Of a DNA stretch of 64,000 bases, positions 1 to 8,110 are shown piece by piece (the first letter of the stretch is position 1; each line of letters starts with the position of its first letter). The notes under the pieces were generated by a model. That model was not told the origin of the DNA. It searched no databases and was given only the letters and a program-made list of their open reading frames with translations. This stretch comes from an uncultured Chloroflexia bacterium (lineage in GTDB: Bacteria; Chloroflexota; Anaerolineae; Anaerolineales; E44-bin32). A program made the translations under genes and the position numbers. The DNA lies in the NCBI GenBank assembly GCA_963818575.1, contig CAWFSV010000013.1:172233-236232 (forward strand), read 5' to 3'.

Positions 1-1875
1 GCAGCCGGCCTTTCGGGCCCGCTTCCGGGCGAAGGGATCGCGCTCGAGCAGGCGCTCGGGCGGGTGACAGCCGAGCCGATCTGGGCTCGCCAGTCGTCAC
101 CGCACTACCATGCGTCGGCGATGGACGGCTACGCGCTGAGGGCAGACTCCACCCGCGGCGCGAATGACCGCTCGCCGGTCGAGCTTCGCGTCGGAGATCA
201 GGCAGTCTACGTCGACACCGGAGACCCTCTCCCCGGGTGGGCGGATGCGGTCGTGCCGATCGAGGACGCCGAGCCGATCGGCGATGGACGGCGCGCCACG
301 CTGCAGTCGATCCGCCTGCGCGCAGCCGTCGTCCCCTGGTCCCATATCCGCCCCATGGGCGAAGACATCGTCGCCAGCGAACTTGTCGTTCCCGCCGGGC
401 ACGTTCTGCGTCCGGTCGATCTCGGAGCGCTCGCCGGAAGCGGACACGCGACGGTCCAGGTCCGACGCCGACCGCGAGTGGCGATCCTGCCAACCGGGAG
501 CGAACTCGTCGCCCCGGGCAGCGCAGCGATCGCCGGCCAGATCATCGAGTTCAACTCGCTGGTGTTGGGAGCTCAGGTGCGCGATTGGGGAGGCGAGCCG
601 CGACGGCTGGCGATCGTGCCGGATGACCTGGAACAGATCAAGACCGCGGTACGGCGTGCCGCCGCCGACGGCGCCGACCTGATCCTGATCAACGCCGGCT
701 CCTCCGCAGGCTCCGAAGATTTCTCGGCCTCGGTCGTCGCCTCGATGGGCGAAGTCCTGGTTCATGGCGTCGCCGTTCGCCCCGGCCACCCGGTGATCCT
801 GGGGATGATCGATGTCGATGGACGGACCCTGCCGGCCATCGGCGTTCCCGGTTACCCGGTGTCCGCCGCGTTGACGGGCGAGATCTTTGTCCAACCGCTG
901 GTCGAGCGGTGGCTGGGCCGCACCCCGTCCGTCCCGACGGAGATCGAGGCGGTCATGACTCGCAAGGTGCACTCGTCGATCGGGGACGAGGAGTTCCTTC
1001 GGGTGACCGTCGGCCGCGTCGGCCCTCGCTTGATTGCCGCCCCGTTGGCACGCGGCGCCGGGGTTCTGACCTCGTTGGTCCGCGCCGACGGCATTGTGCG
1101 CATCCCTGCCGGCGCGCAGGGCCTCGAGGCCGGGCAGCTCGTGCGCGTCCAACTGTACCGGCGCCCGGACGAGGTCGAACGCACGATCGTCGCCCTCGGC
1201 TCGCACGACCTGACGCTCGACCTGATGGCGCAGTTCCTGGCCGGGCGCGGTCGGCGCCTGGCTTCAGCCAACGTCGGCAGTCTCGGGGGGCTGATCGCCC
1301 TGCGCCGGGGCGAGGCCCACCTCGCCGGCAGTCACTTGCTCGACCCCGAGACCGGGGAATACAACCTGCGCTACATCGGTGAGTATCTGCCCGAGACCCC
1401 GGTGGTCGTCATCGGTCTCGTCGGTCGTGAGCAGGGCTTGATCGTAGCTCCCGGCAATCCGCATCGGCTGACGGGTCTGGCCGACCTGGCCGCGGCGGAT
1501 GTGCCGTTCGTCAACCGACAGCGAGGCGCCGGCACGCGGGTGTTGCTCGATTACCACCTGGACAAGGCCGGCATCGACGCCGCGACGATCCGCGGGTACG
1601 AACACGAAGAGTACACACACCTGGCCGTGGCGGCATCGGTTTCCTCTGGGCGCGCGGCGTGCGGTCTGGGGATCCGCGCGGCAGCCGAGGCGCTTTCGCT
1701 AGGCTTTGTGCCGTTGTTCAGCGAACGCTACGACCTGGTGATCCCCCGCGAACACTACGACGGCCCCTTCCTGCGCCCGCTGCTCGACCTGCTCATCGAC
1801 CAGGAGTTTCGCCGTTCCGTCGCCGCCTTGCCTGGATACTCCCTCGAGCCGATGGGGCGGATCATCGCCGGCTGA
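1..1875 (+). CDS. moeA: Molybdopterin molybdenumtransferase MoeA with a C-terminal periplasmic-binding-protein-like domain; 5' end runs off the window
   Basis: ORF 64..1875 stays open in the same frame back to base 1 (..IALEQALGRVTAEPIW..). MoeA motifs are present: SAMDGYA, PTGSEL, INAGSSAGSEDF, VAVRPGHP. The last ~230 aa (LGSHDLTLDL..NRQRGAGTR..) resemble a type-2 PBP/LysR-substrate fold. Confidence 0.85.
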   Translation, partial: AAGLSGPLPGEGIALEQALGRVTAEPIWARQSSPHYHASAMDGYALRADSTRGANDRSPVELRVGDQAVYVDTGDPLPGWADAVVPIEDAEPIGDGRRATLQSIRLRAAVVPWSHIRPMGEDIVASELVVPAGHVLRPVDLGALAGSGHATVQVRRRPRVAILPTGSELVAPGSAAIAGQIIEFNSLVLGAQVRDWGGEPRRLAIVPDDLEQIKTAVRRAAADGADLILINAGSSAGSEDFSASVVASMGEVLVHGVAVRPGHPVILGMIDVDGRTLPAIGVPGYPVSAALTGEIFVQPLVERWLGRTPSVPTEIEAVMTRKVHSSIGDEEFLRVTVGRVGPRLIAAPLARGAGVLTSLVRADGIVRIPAGAQGLEAGQLVRVQLYRRPDEVERTIVALGSHDLTLDLMAQFLAGRGRRLASANVGSLGGLIALRRGEAHLAGSHLLDPETGEYNLRYIGEYLPETPVVVIGLVGREQGLIVAPGNPHRLTGLADLAAADVPFVNRQRGAGTRVLLDYHLDKAGIDAATIRGYEHEEYTHLAVAASVSSGRAACGLGIRAAAEALSLGFVPLFSERYDLVIPREHYDGPFLRPLLDLLIDQEFRRSVAALPGYSLEPMGRIIAG

Positions 1876-1970
1876 GGCATTTGCGTCGCAAGTTCAATCG
1901 GTCTGCCACGCCCGTCCCGTGCTGATGTCCGATGGACCCGGATGCCCCTGACCCGCCGCACCAAGATCCT

Positions 1971-2470
1971 TCTTCGGGTGACGTAGGGGCGAAGCATGCC
2001 GCTCGCCGGCCCGCCGTGCCGAAATCCTCTTCGTGTGACGCAGGGGCGAGCATGCCGTCTCGCCCCGGCCGCCGCGGCCCGTCAGCCTTCTTCGCGTGCG
2101 TAGGGGCGAAGCATGCCGTACGTAGGCGCGATGCTTCGCCCGCACCCACGCCCCTCCGAGCCAACCTTGCTAGTGCGATGCCGCGCCCGCATGCACGCAA
2201 CTGCCGGTCGACGCACGATCCGGACACCTGTGCTCCCGCGGCCGCCGAGATCCGTACGGGGCACGGCGTGCCGTGCCCCTACGACGCGGCATGCGACTTC
2301 GAATGCAGGGCCCAAGGCTGCCGCCGCGGACCGAGACCCTTCTGCGAGTGACGTAGGGGCGAAGCATGCCGTCTCGCACCCCGTTCGGGCCGCGAGCCCC
2401 GCCCCGCCGGGGCGAGACGGCCGGCGTGCCGCCGGGCTTCTCGGCACGAACGGTGCTTCGCCCCTACCTA
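1971..2470. repeat. Cluster of GC-rich hairpin repeats (core GTAGGGGCGAAGCATGCCG, plus GGGGCACGGCGTGCCGTGCCCC) in the convergent gap between moeA and kamA
   Basis: Direct copies of tcttcgNgtgacgtaggggcgaagcatgccg lie at ~1971, ~2027, ~2089 and ~2338. An 11-bp inverted repeat gggcgaagcat/atgcttcgccc lies at ~2103-2140. A near-perfect palindrome ggggcacggcgtgccgtgcccc lies at ~2268-2289, and an inverted copy gcttcgcccctac at ~2455-2468. Confidence 0.8.
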
Positions 2471-2558
2471 CAGGTCCGGCCGCCGTCGCCGGGCGGGAAA
2501 CGAAACGGTGCGGGCAATGCCCGCACCGCCTTCATTCCTTGCCGCGCCGCGCCGACGG

Positions 2559-3950
2559 TCAGTCGCCGGCTTTCTCTTCCACCGGCTTGCGGGCCTTGAT
2601 CGACGGCGGCTCGTCGGGTGGCGGGGGCGCGCCGATCCCGAGCGGCTGCCACTTGGTGGCATCGGCACGCAGCCGGTGCGAGGCGCCGCCACGGCTGTGG
2701 ACGGCGTCGAAACCCTCGGGCTTGATGAACAGCTGCTCGCCATCCAACAGGCTGGTCACGCCAGCCTGCCCCGGCTCGGGTCGCCTGGAGCGGCAATAGG
2801 CGCAGGTTGCGGCATCGTGCGGCTTGTACTCGGCCGGCTCCTGGTAGGTGGTGATCAGGCCTTCGAAGTTGCGCAGCACGACGCGCGCATCCCCTTGACT
2901 GATCGCGTAGTTGGGCATCAGGGGGATCTTGCCCCCGCCGGCCGGAGCATCGACGACGAAGGTCGGCACGGCGTATCCCGAGGTGTGGCCCCGCAGCCCT
3001 TCGATGATCTCGATCCCCTTGGCCACCGGCGTGCGGAAGTGCCCGGCGCCTTCGACCATGTCGCACTGATACAGGTAGTAGGGGCGGACGCGCATCCGCA
3101 CCAGATCCTGCACCAACTGGCGCTGGATGTGGACGCAATCGTTGATCCCGGCCAGGAGCACCGACTGGTTGCCCAGCGGGATGCCGGCCTTCGAGAGCTT
3201 GTCGCAGGCCTCGGCAAGCTCGGAGGTGATCTCATTCGGGTGATTGACGTGGATGTTCAGCCACAGCGGGTGGAACTTCTCCAGCATCGCCGTCAGCTCG
3301 GCGTCGACGCGCATCGGCAGAAAGACCGGGACGCGCGAGCCGATGCGGATGATCTCGATGTGCTCGATCTCGCGCAGGCGGCCGATCAGTTCCTCGAGCA
3401 GCTTCGGCGCCAGCGTCAGCGGGTCGCCACCGGAGAGCAGCACGTCGCGCACCTGAGGCGTGCGGCGCAGGTAGTCGAGCTGCATTTCAAACTCGGCCCG
3501 CGAGAACTGTTCTTTCGGATCGCCGACGATGCGCGAGCGCGTGCAGTAGCGGCAGTAGGAGGCGCACTGGGTCGTCACCAGCATCAGCACGCGGTCCGGA
3601 TAGCGGTGCACCAGGCCGGGAACCGGCGAATGCTCGTCCTCGGACAGCGAGTCTTCCATCATGCCGGTAAACGGCACCATCTCGGCATCCGTCGGGAGCA
3701 CCTGCTGCCGGACGGGGTCCGCCGGGTCATCGGGGTCGATCAAGGACACGAAGTACGGCGTGATGTCCACCCGGAACAGCCCGGGGGCGCTCAGCGCCTT
3801 GCGTTCACTCTCGCTCAGCGGCAGGATCCGTTCCAGATCCTCCACGCTGTTCAACCGGTGACTGAGCTGCCAGCGCCATGAGTTCCACTGATCATCGGGG
3901 ACGTCAGCGTAGGCCGGGGCGCGCTTGGACGGAAAGACTCTCTTCGCCAT
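2559..3950 (-). CDS. kamA: Lysine 2,3-aminomutase (radical SAM, KamA/AblA family)
   Basis: From MAKRVFPSKR.. the ORF carries the radical-SAM CASYCRYC motif and KamA-family blocks (HRYPDRVLMLVT, LSGGDPL, PYYLYQCD, VPTFVVDAPGGGGK). GGAGG lies 7 nt upstream of the ATG at 3950. The 199-aa upstream part of ORF 2559..4547 is Arg/Gly-rich and is not called. Confidence 0.93.
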   Translation of the reverse strand: MAKRVFPSKRAPAYADVPDDQWNSWRWQLSHRLNSVEDLERILPLSESERKALSAPGLFRVDITPYFVSLIDPDDPADPVRQQVLPTDAEMVPFTGMMEDSLSEDEHSPVPGLVHRYPDRVLMLVTTQCASYCRYCTRSRIVGDPKEQFSRAEFEMQLDYLRRTPQVRDVLLSGGDPLTLAPKLLEELIGRLREIEHIEIIRIGSRVPVFLPMRVDAELTAMLEKFHPLWLNIHVNHPNEITSELAEACDKLSKAGIPLGNQSVLLAGINDCVHIQRQLVQDLVRMRVRPYYLYQCDMVEGAGHFRTPVAKGIEIIEGLRGHTSGYAVPTFVVDAPAGGGKIPLMPNYAISQGDARVVLRNFEGLITTYQEPAEYKPHDAATCAYCRSRRPEPGQAGVTSLLDGEQLFIKPEGFDAVHSRGGASHRLRADATKWQPLGIGAPPPPDEPPSIKARKPVEEKAGD

Positions 3951-4260
3951 GTATTGCCTCCACGGGGCCCGCAGGCCGGTCTCCCTGCGGGCGGGGGTTA
4001 AGGATAGCACGGAGGATGGCTCCGCGGGGCACCGCCGGCCGATTTCGCTGCCCGGCTTGGTTAGCCGCTCCTGTGCCGTCCCACGTCTGGCGGGTTTCAG
4101 TTGGCCCCGTCTGCGTCGCTCCGGACGGGCTATGCGCAATCGGACCGTCAGGTCGAGGCCGCAGCCATCGGTCACCACAGGTCTTGTCCGTCGAGTCGAG
4201 GCCTCCACCCGCCAATTCCCGGCCCAGGTCGCGTATGCCGTCGAGCCTCGGCCGGGACAC

Positions 4261-4282
4261 GGGCACGGCGCGCCGTGTGCCC
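4261..4282. repeat. Copy of the GGGCACGGCG/CGCCGTGCCC palindromic repeat
   Basis: gggcacggcgcgccgtgtgccc is the same hairpin family as at ~2268. Confidence 0.6.
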
Positions 4283-4306
4283 AACGAACGGCAGACGGAA
4301 TCGCAA

Positions 4307-4347
4307 GGCCGCATGCTTCGGCGCTGCCCGTCCCGAAGCATGCGGCC
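4307..4347 (-). terminator. Stem-loop 17 nt downstream of the ATP-grasp gene; probable intrinsic terminator
   Basis: Perfect 15-bp inverted repeat ggccgcatgcttcgg / ccgaagcatgcggcc with an 11-nt loop. On the minus strand it is followed by TTGCGATTCC. It shares the CGAAGCATGC core of the repeat family. Confidence 0.6.
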
Positions 4348-4363
4348 GCGGTGGACCGGCTTG

Positions 4364-5566
4364 TTACTCGTCTTCCGCCAGGCCCCAGACGATCGGGCCG
4401 CGCGGCACAGGCTGAGCCAGCGCGTGGGGGCCAACGTCGGCGTACATCAGCGAGTCGAAGGGCAGCGCATTGCGCTCGGCCGCCAGGTACAGGATCTCGG
4501 TGATCAGGTCCTGATACGGCATGCCTTCCGCCGCCGCCACGATGCACAGGTCACTGACCTCCGGATTGAGGCCCGGAAGCGTGTTGATCTCCATCAGGCT
4601 GGGCTCGCCGTGGGCATCCAGCCGCAGGTCCACGCGGGACACATCGCACGCACCGAGCACCTCGGCCGCCTTGCGCGTCAGCTCGATCAGACGCGCACGC
4701 AGCGACCGCGGGATGTTCGTCGGGCAGATGTAGCCCGGCGCACCCGGCGCACCGATGTCGTAACCCTTGGCATCATGGCCGTAGACGCCGGGCGAAACGC
4801 TCACGCCCGAATCGATCTCCATGATCGGGAAGAAGTGGTAGCCGTCATTGTCGTACAGCCACGGCCGGCGGCGGACCGCCGGGAAACCCGGATTGCCGAT
4901 AAAGCCGACGGTGAATTCGCGCCCGGGGAGGTATTCCTCGACCAGCGCCGGCTGCTTGTAGGCCTCCACCGTCAGCGCGACACGCTCGGCCAGCGCCTGC
5001 GGTGTGCGGACGATGGCCCCCATGTCGATGCCCATCCCGGTGCCCTCGCGCACCGGCTTAACGAACAGCGGGTAAGACATCCCGGCGTCATCCACGTCGG
5101 CCGCCGAGTGCGCCTCGAAGAATCGCGGCGTCGGCAGGCCGGCCTGCTGCCAGATTCGCTTGGTCTGCGTCTTGTCGAGCGAGATGGCGTTGGCCAGGAC
5201 GCGCGAGGCGGTGTAGGGGATACCGAGCAGTTCACACAGGGCCGGCGCCTGGGCCTCGCGGCCGTCGCCGCCCAATCCCTCGGCGATGTTGAAGACGATG
5301 TGCGGGCGGATGTTCACCAGCGCTTCGGGAAGGGTCTGATCGGCGCGGCAGAACGTCACCCAGTGCCCATCTTCCTCCATCGCTGCGGCCAGCGACTCGA
5401 TCGTCTCGCGCCGGTCGAACTCCGAGCCGGCATCGGAAGGCGCGTCCGGACCCCAGTCGATCTCATCCTTGAGGTTGGCCACCAGGGCGATGCGCCAGGG
5501 CGGCCGAAGGCGGCTGGGACTGGGAGGCTTTTTGTTATGGGCTCGCGTGCTCTCGTACGTTCTCAT
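4364..5566 (-). CDS. ATP-grasp ligase of the D-alanine--D-alanine ligase family, substrate unknown
   Basis: 400-aa ORF with Ddl-like blocks: LDKTQTKRIWQQAGLPTP, YPLFVKPVREGTGMGI, EEYLPGREFTVGFIGN, MEINTLPGL. It is not RimK/LysX-like by eye. Confidence 0.85.
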   Translation of the reverse strand: MRTYESTRAHNKKPPSPSRLRPPWRIALVANLKDEIDWGPDAPSDAGSEFDRRETIESLAAAMEEDGHWVTFCRADQTLPEALVNIRPHIVFNIAEGLGGDGREAQAPALCELLGIPYTASRVLANAISLDKTQTKRIWQQAGLPTPRFFEAHSAADVDDAGMSYPLFVKPVREGTGMGIDMGAIVRTPQALAERVALTVEAYKQPALVEEYLPGREFTVGFIGNPGFPAVRRRPWLYDNDGYHFFPIMEIDSGVSVSPGVYGHDAKGYDIGAPGAPGYICPTNIPRSLRARLIELTRKAAEVLGACDVSRVDLRLDAHGEPSLMEINTLPGLNPEVSDLCIVAAAEGMPYQDLITEILYLAAERNALPFDSLMYADVGPHALAQPVPRGPIVWGLAEDE

Positions 5567-5694
5567 CGGATTGACCTCATCTCACCTAGGTGTCGGTTTC
5601 AAGTCACAAAGAGAGAGCCATTCCGCTTCCGCAGATGGCCCTCCACGGAAACGCTGCACGTCCCTGCAGCGTGGCGTTGTGGGCCGATCGCATC

Positions 5695-5886
5695 TCAGGC
5701 TACGGACTCCTCCACACGACTCGGTTTCTGCAGCGGCTCCTCGAAGGCCCAGTCGAGCTCGAGGGGCCGCAGCTTGACGACTTCGAGTGCCGCCCGGCAT
5801 GCGGTGCACTCGGTGCGCTCTCCAAGTTCGGGAGCAGATTCGAATGGCACCTGGCTATGGCACTCCGGGCAAGCAGCTTGCAGCAT
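5695..5886 (-). CDS. LysW-like zinc-ribbon (amino-group carrier protein-like) small protein with a non-canonical C-terminal tail
   Basis: 63 aa: MLQAACPECHSQVPFESAPELGERTECTACRAALEVVKLRPLELDWAFEEPLQKPSRVEESVA. The CPxC..CxxC pattern and ELEVV.L.PL.L..DW follow Thermus LysW as I recall it. AGGAGG lies 4 nt before the ATG. Confidence 0.7.
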   Translation of the reverse strand: MLQAACPECHSQVPFESAPELGERTECTACRAALEVVKLRPLELDWAFEEPLQKPSRVEESVA

Positions 5887-5977
5887 GATCCTCCTGGCGA
5901 TTTGGCTCCGCCTGTTCTTACAGGAGGAACCTTATCGCCTTCCTGCGCAAACCGTATTGTTCAAATGTGTAAAGTCC

Positions 5978-6014
5978 GTACAAACAGCCCCCATATCATA
6001 CCATCTTTGTACAA
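5978..6014 (-). promoter_or_regulatory. Candidate extended -10 promoter (TGGTATGAT) flanked by two TTGTAC boxes, upstream of the LysW-like gene
   Basis: This is the only AT-rich patch in the 356-bp gap. On the minus strand TGgTATGAT lies at 6003..5995, with TTGTACAA at 6014..6007 and TTGTAC at 5983..5978, about 31 nt apart. Confidence 0.3.
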
Positions 6015-6242
6015 CCCATGGCGGAGGCGCTCGATGCGGGGGATACGGCTGGCGGTCATGGTCTTTGACTGGGCTTGACAGTATGCCGCCCTGCCTCACC
6101 TTGGGCCGGCCGCTCTCCTCTCCTTCCGGCCTGCGTCTCAGAGACGACGATTCCGACGCACCGGACCGCGTGGACAGACACCACGTGGCCCACAGATGGA
6201 GATCGACCTGCATGAGTTCGGATCGGTTGCTTCGGGAGAGGG

Positions 6243-6929
6243 TTACGGCTGTTCGAGGGAGAAGCGGTAGCCGACGCCGGAGATCGTCTCGATGAACCGC
6301 GGCTTGTCGGGGTCAGGCTCGATCTTGTGGCGCAGCCGCGAAACCAAACCGCGCACCAGGTCGCGATCGCCCTCGCCCGCGTAGCCCCACACGCGTTCGA
6401 CGATCACCTCGGTGGGGACAACCTGATCGCGGTTGGTCATCAGGCTGTAGAGCAGACGGAATTCGAGCTGCGTCAGGCGGCAGGCATCGCGCCCGGCGAC
6501 GGCGACGGTACGCGTCGCCGGATCGAGCGAGATCTCCTCCAGGTCCAGCCGAGGCAGCATGAAGGCCGGGATGGCGCCGCTGCGGCGCAGGACCACGCGT
6601 GCGTACTCGGCGACGAGGCGCGGCGCCGCGGGACGCGCAAGGACGAGATCCGCACCCGCGCGCAAGAGCCCGAGCAATTGCTCCTCGGTGGCCGGTTCGG
6701 ACACGACGATGATCGGGATCTCGGTGACGGCGCGGATGGCGTTCACCTGATCGAGCGCCGGGCCCGGTGCGTCGAGCGCCAGGACGATCAAGTCGGCGGG
6801 GAGTTCGGACCAGTTGGTGAGGATTCGCGTCAGGTCGGTGCCCGGCGAGACGGCCAACCCGGCATGCCGCAGGACGAAGGTCAGCACCTCGCGTTCGTCG
6901 GAGTCGCTGGCGATCAGGAAGGCCTGCAT
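6243..6929 (-). CDS. OmpR/PhoB-family response regulator (receiver + winged-helix)
   Basis: 228 aa. The receiver has the LIVLALDAPG acceptor region. The C-terminus reads LTQLEFRLLYSLM..LVSRLRHKIEPDP..IETISGVGYRF. Confidence 0.88.
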   Translation of the reverse strand: MQAFLIASDSDEREVLTFVLRHAGLAVSPGTDLTRILTNWSELPADLIVLALDAPGPALDQVNAIRAVTEIPIIVVSEPATEEQLLGLLRAGADLVLARPAAPRLVAEYARVVLRRSGAIPAFMLPRLDLEEISLDPATRTVAVAGRDACRLTQLEFRLLYSLMTNRDQVVPTEVIVERVWGYAGEGDRDLVRGLVSRLRHKIEPDPDKPRFIETISGVGYRFSLEQP

Positions 6930-7021
6930 GCTGCGTCACCCTCGCCTTCCCAGCATACCATGGAGCGTCCGCGGGGCTCGCCGATGGGCTTCCGACCACG
7001 TCCGTGCGCAGTTCTAATCCG

Positions 7022-7101
7022 TGGTATCATGGGGCTAATCGTATTGCCGGTTTTTCGGGCATCCAATGCCGTCAGACCCAAGTATGGGATGGACGGCATT
7101 G
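7022..7101 (+). promoter_or_regulatory. Extended -10 (TGgTATCAT, 7022-7030) and a structured 5' leader of the RRM-protein gene
   Basis: Perfect 10-bp hairpin caatgccgtc (7064-7073) / gacggcattg (7092-7101). GAGGAG SD lies at 7121-7126, before the ATG at 7135. Confidence 0.4.
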
Positions 7102-7134
7102 CTGCTCTCCGCCGGACACTGAGGAGCCGATCGC

Positions 7135-7494
7135 ATGGATGTCAAGCTGTATGTTGGGAACCTGACGTACTCGACGACCGAGGACGAACTGCGCACGATG
7201 TTCGCCCAGGCCGGCACCGTGACTTCGGTGGCCCTGATCAAGGACCGCGACACGGGTCAATCCAAGGGGTTCGCCTTCGTCGAGATGAGCACGCAGGCAG
7301 AGGCCCAGAAGGGCATCACCCTGTTCCACGGCAAGGCGCTGAACGGTCGCGACCTTACGGTGAACATGGCTCGCCCACGCGAAGAGCGCGGCGGCTTCGG
7401 TGGTGGTGGTGGTGGCGGTGGCGGGGGCGGCGGCTTCGGCGGCTCACGTGGCGGGTTCGGTGATTCACGCGGCGGCGGCAAGCATCGTCGCTAG
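7135..7494 (+). CDS. RRM-type RNA-binding protein with a glycine-rich tail
   Basis: RNP2 is LYVGNL and RNP1 is KGFAFVEM. The C-terminus is RGGFGGGGGGGGGGGGFGGSRGGFGDSRGGG. Confidence 0.93.
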   Translation: MDVKLYVGNLTYSTTEDELRTMFAQAGTVTSVALIKDRDTGQSKGFAFVEMSTQAEAQKGITLFHGKALNGRDLTVNMARPREERGGFGGGGGGGGGGGGFGGSRGGFGDSRGGGKHRR

Positions 7495-7503
7495 AGGCAG
7501 CGT

Positions 7504-8001
7504 ATGCCATTCGCGGTCAACGACCGGGTCGTACATCCCCTGCATGGAGTTGGAAGGGTCGTCCGTCTGGCAACCCGTCAGTTCGACGCGGGTTCCACAC
7601 GCCTGTACTACGAGATCACACTCACCAAGGGCACGATCTGGGTCCCGGTGGAGGGCAGCGGCGGCGGGCTTCGCCCGCTGACGGCCAGGGGCGAACTGGG
7701 GCGCTACCGCAGTCTGCTCAGCAGCCGGCCGGCGCCCCTCGCCTCCGACCATCGGCAAAGGCAGCTCGAGGTGTCGGCGCGCCTGAAGGCGGGCACGCTG
7801 CGCGCACGATGTGAGGTCATTCGGGACCTCACCGCTCACGCCTGGCACAAGCCACTCTGTCAGTCGAGCGCTGCCCTGCTCCGCCTGGCCCACGAGGCGC
7901 TGGATGAAGAATGGGCGGCGGTCGACGAGGTGCCGGTCCATGAAGTCACGCGCCAGGTCCAGGCGCTGCTGCTCGAGGGCAGGCGCGCGTTCGAGCACTA
8001 A
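7504..8001 (+). CDS. CarD/CdnL-family RNA-polymerase-binding regulator
   Basis: The N-terminus FAVNDRVVHPLHGVGRVV...YYEITL...IWVPV is typical of the CarD_CdnL_TRCF domain. Confidence 0.8.
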   Translation: MPFAVNDRVVHPLHGVGRVVRLATRQFDAGSTRLYYEITLTKGTIWVPVEGSGGGLRPLTARGELGRYRSLLSSRPAPLASDHRQRQLEVSARLKAGTLRARCEVIRDLTAHAWHKPLCQSSAALLRLAHEALDEEWAAVDEVPVHEVTRQVQALLLEGRRAFEH

Positions 8002-8008
8002 CGAACCG

Positions 8009-8040
8009 ACCGGTCCCGCAAGGGACCGGTTTTCCTTTCC
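8009..8040 (+). terminator. Intrinsic terminator after the CarD-like gene
   Basis: accggtccc-gcaa-gggaccggt (9-bp stem, GNRA-type loop) followed by TTTTCCTTTCC. Confidence 0.75.
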
Positions 8041-8110
8041 CCCCACATTCACTTTCCAGGCGTCCGAATCATGCCCGCAGCCGTGACGCGGGCTGCCGGG
8101 CATTCAGCCG

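Noticed and set aside
1971-2147. Three repeats spaced 56-62 bp apart that superficially resemble a short CRISPR array
   Set aside because: The copies are degenerate and of different lengths, and some are inverted. Their 'spacers' contain further repeat fragments, and no cas genes or leader are nearby. The same motif also occurs singly at 4307-4347. This fits a REP/MITE-like hairpin family better.
3951-4547. N-terminal extensions of kamA (ORF 2559..4547), dinB (44179..46065), tdk (47880..48539), the M50 protease (8111..9490) and the response regulator (33977..34879)
   Set aside because: The extended parts are low-complexity and unconserved, and they overlap hairpin repeats, a tRNA or neighbouring genes. 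The internal ATG/GTG starts have SD sequences and give canonical N-termini.
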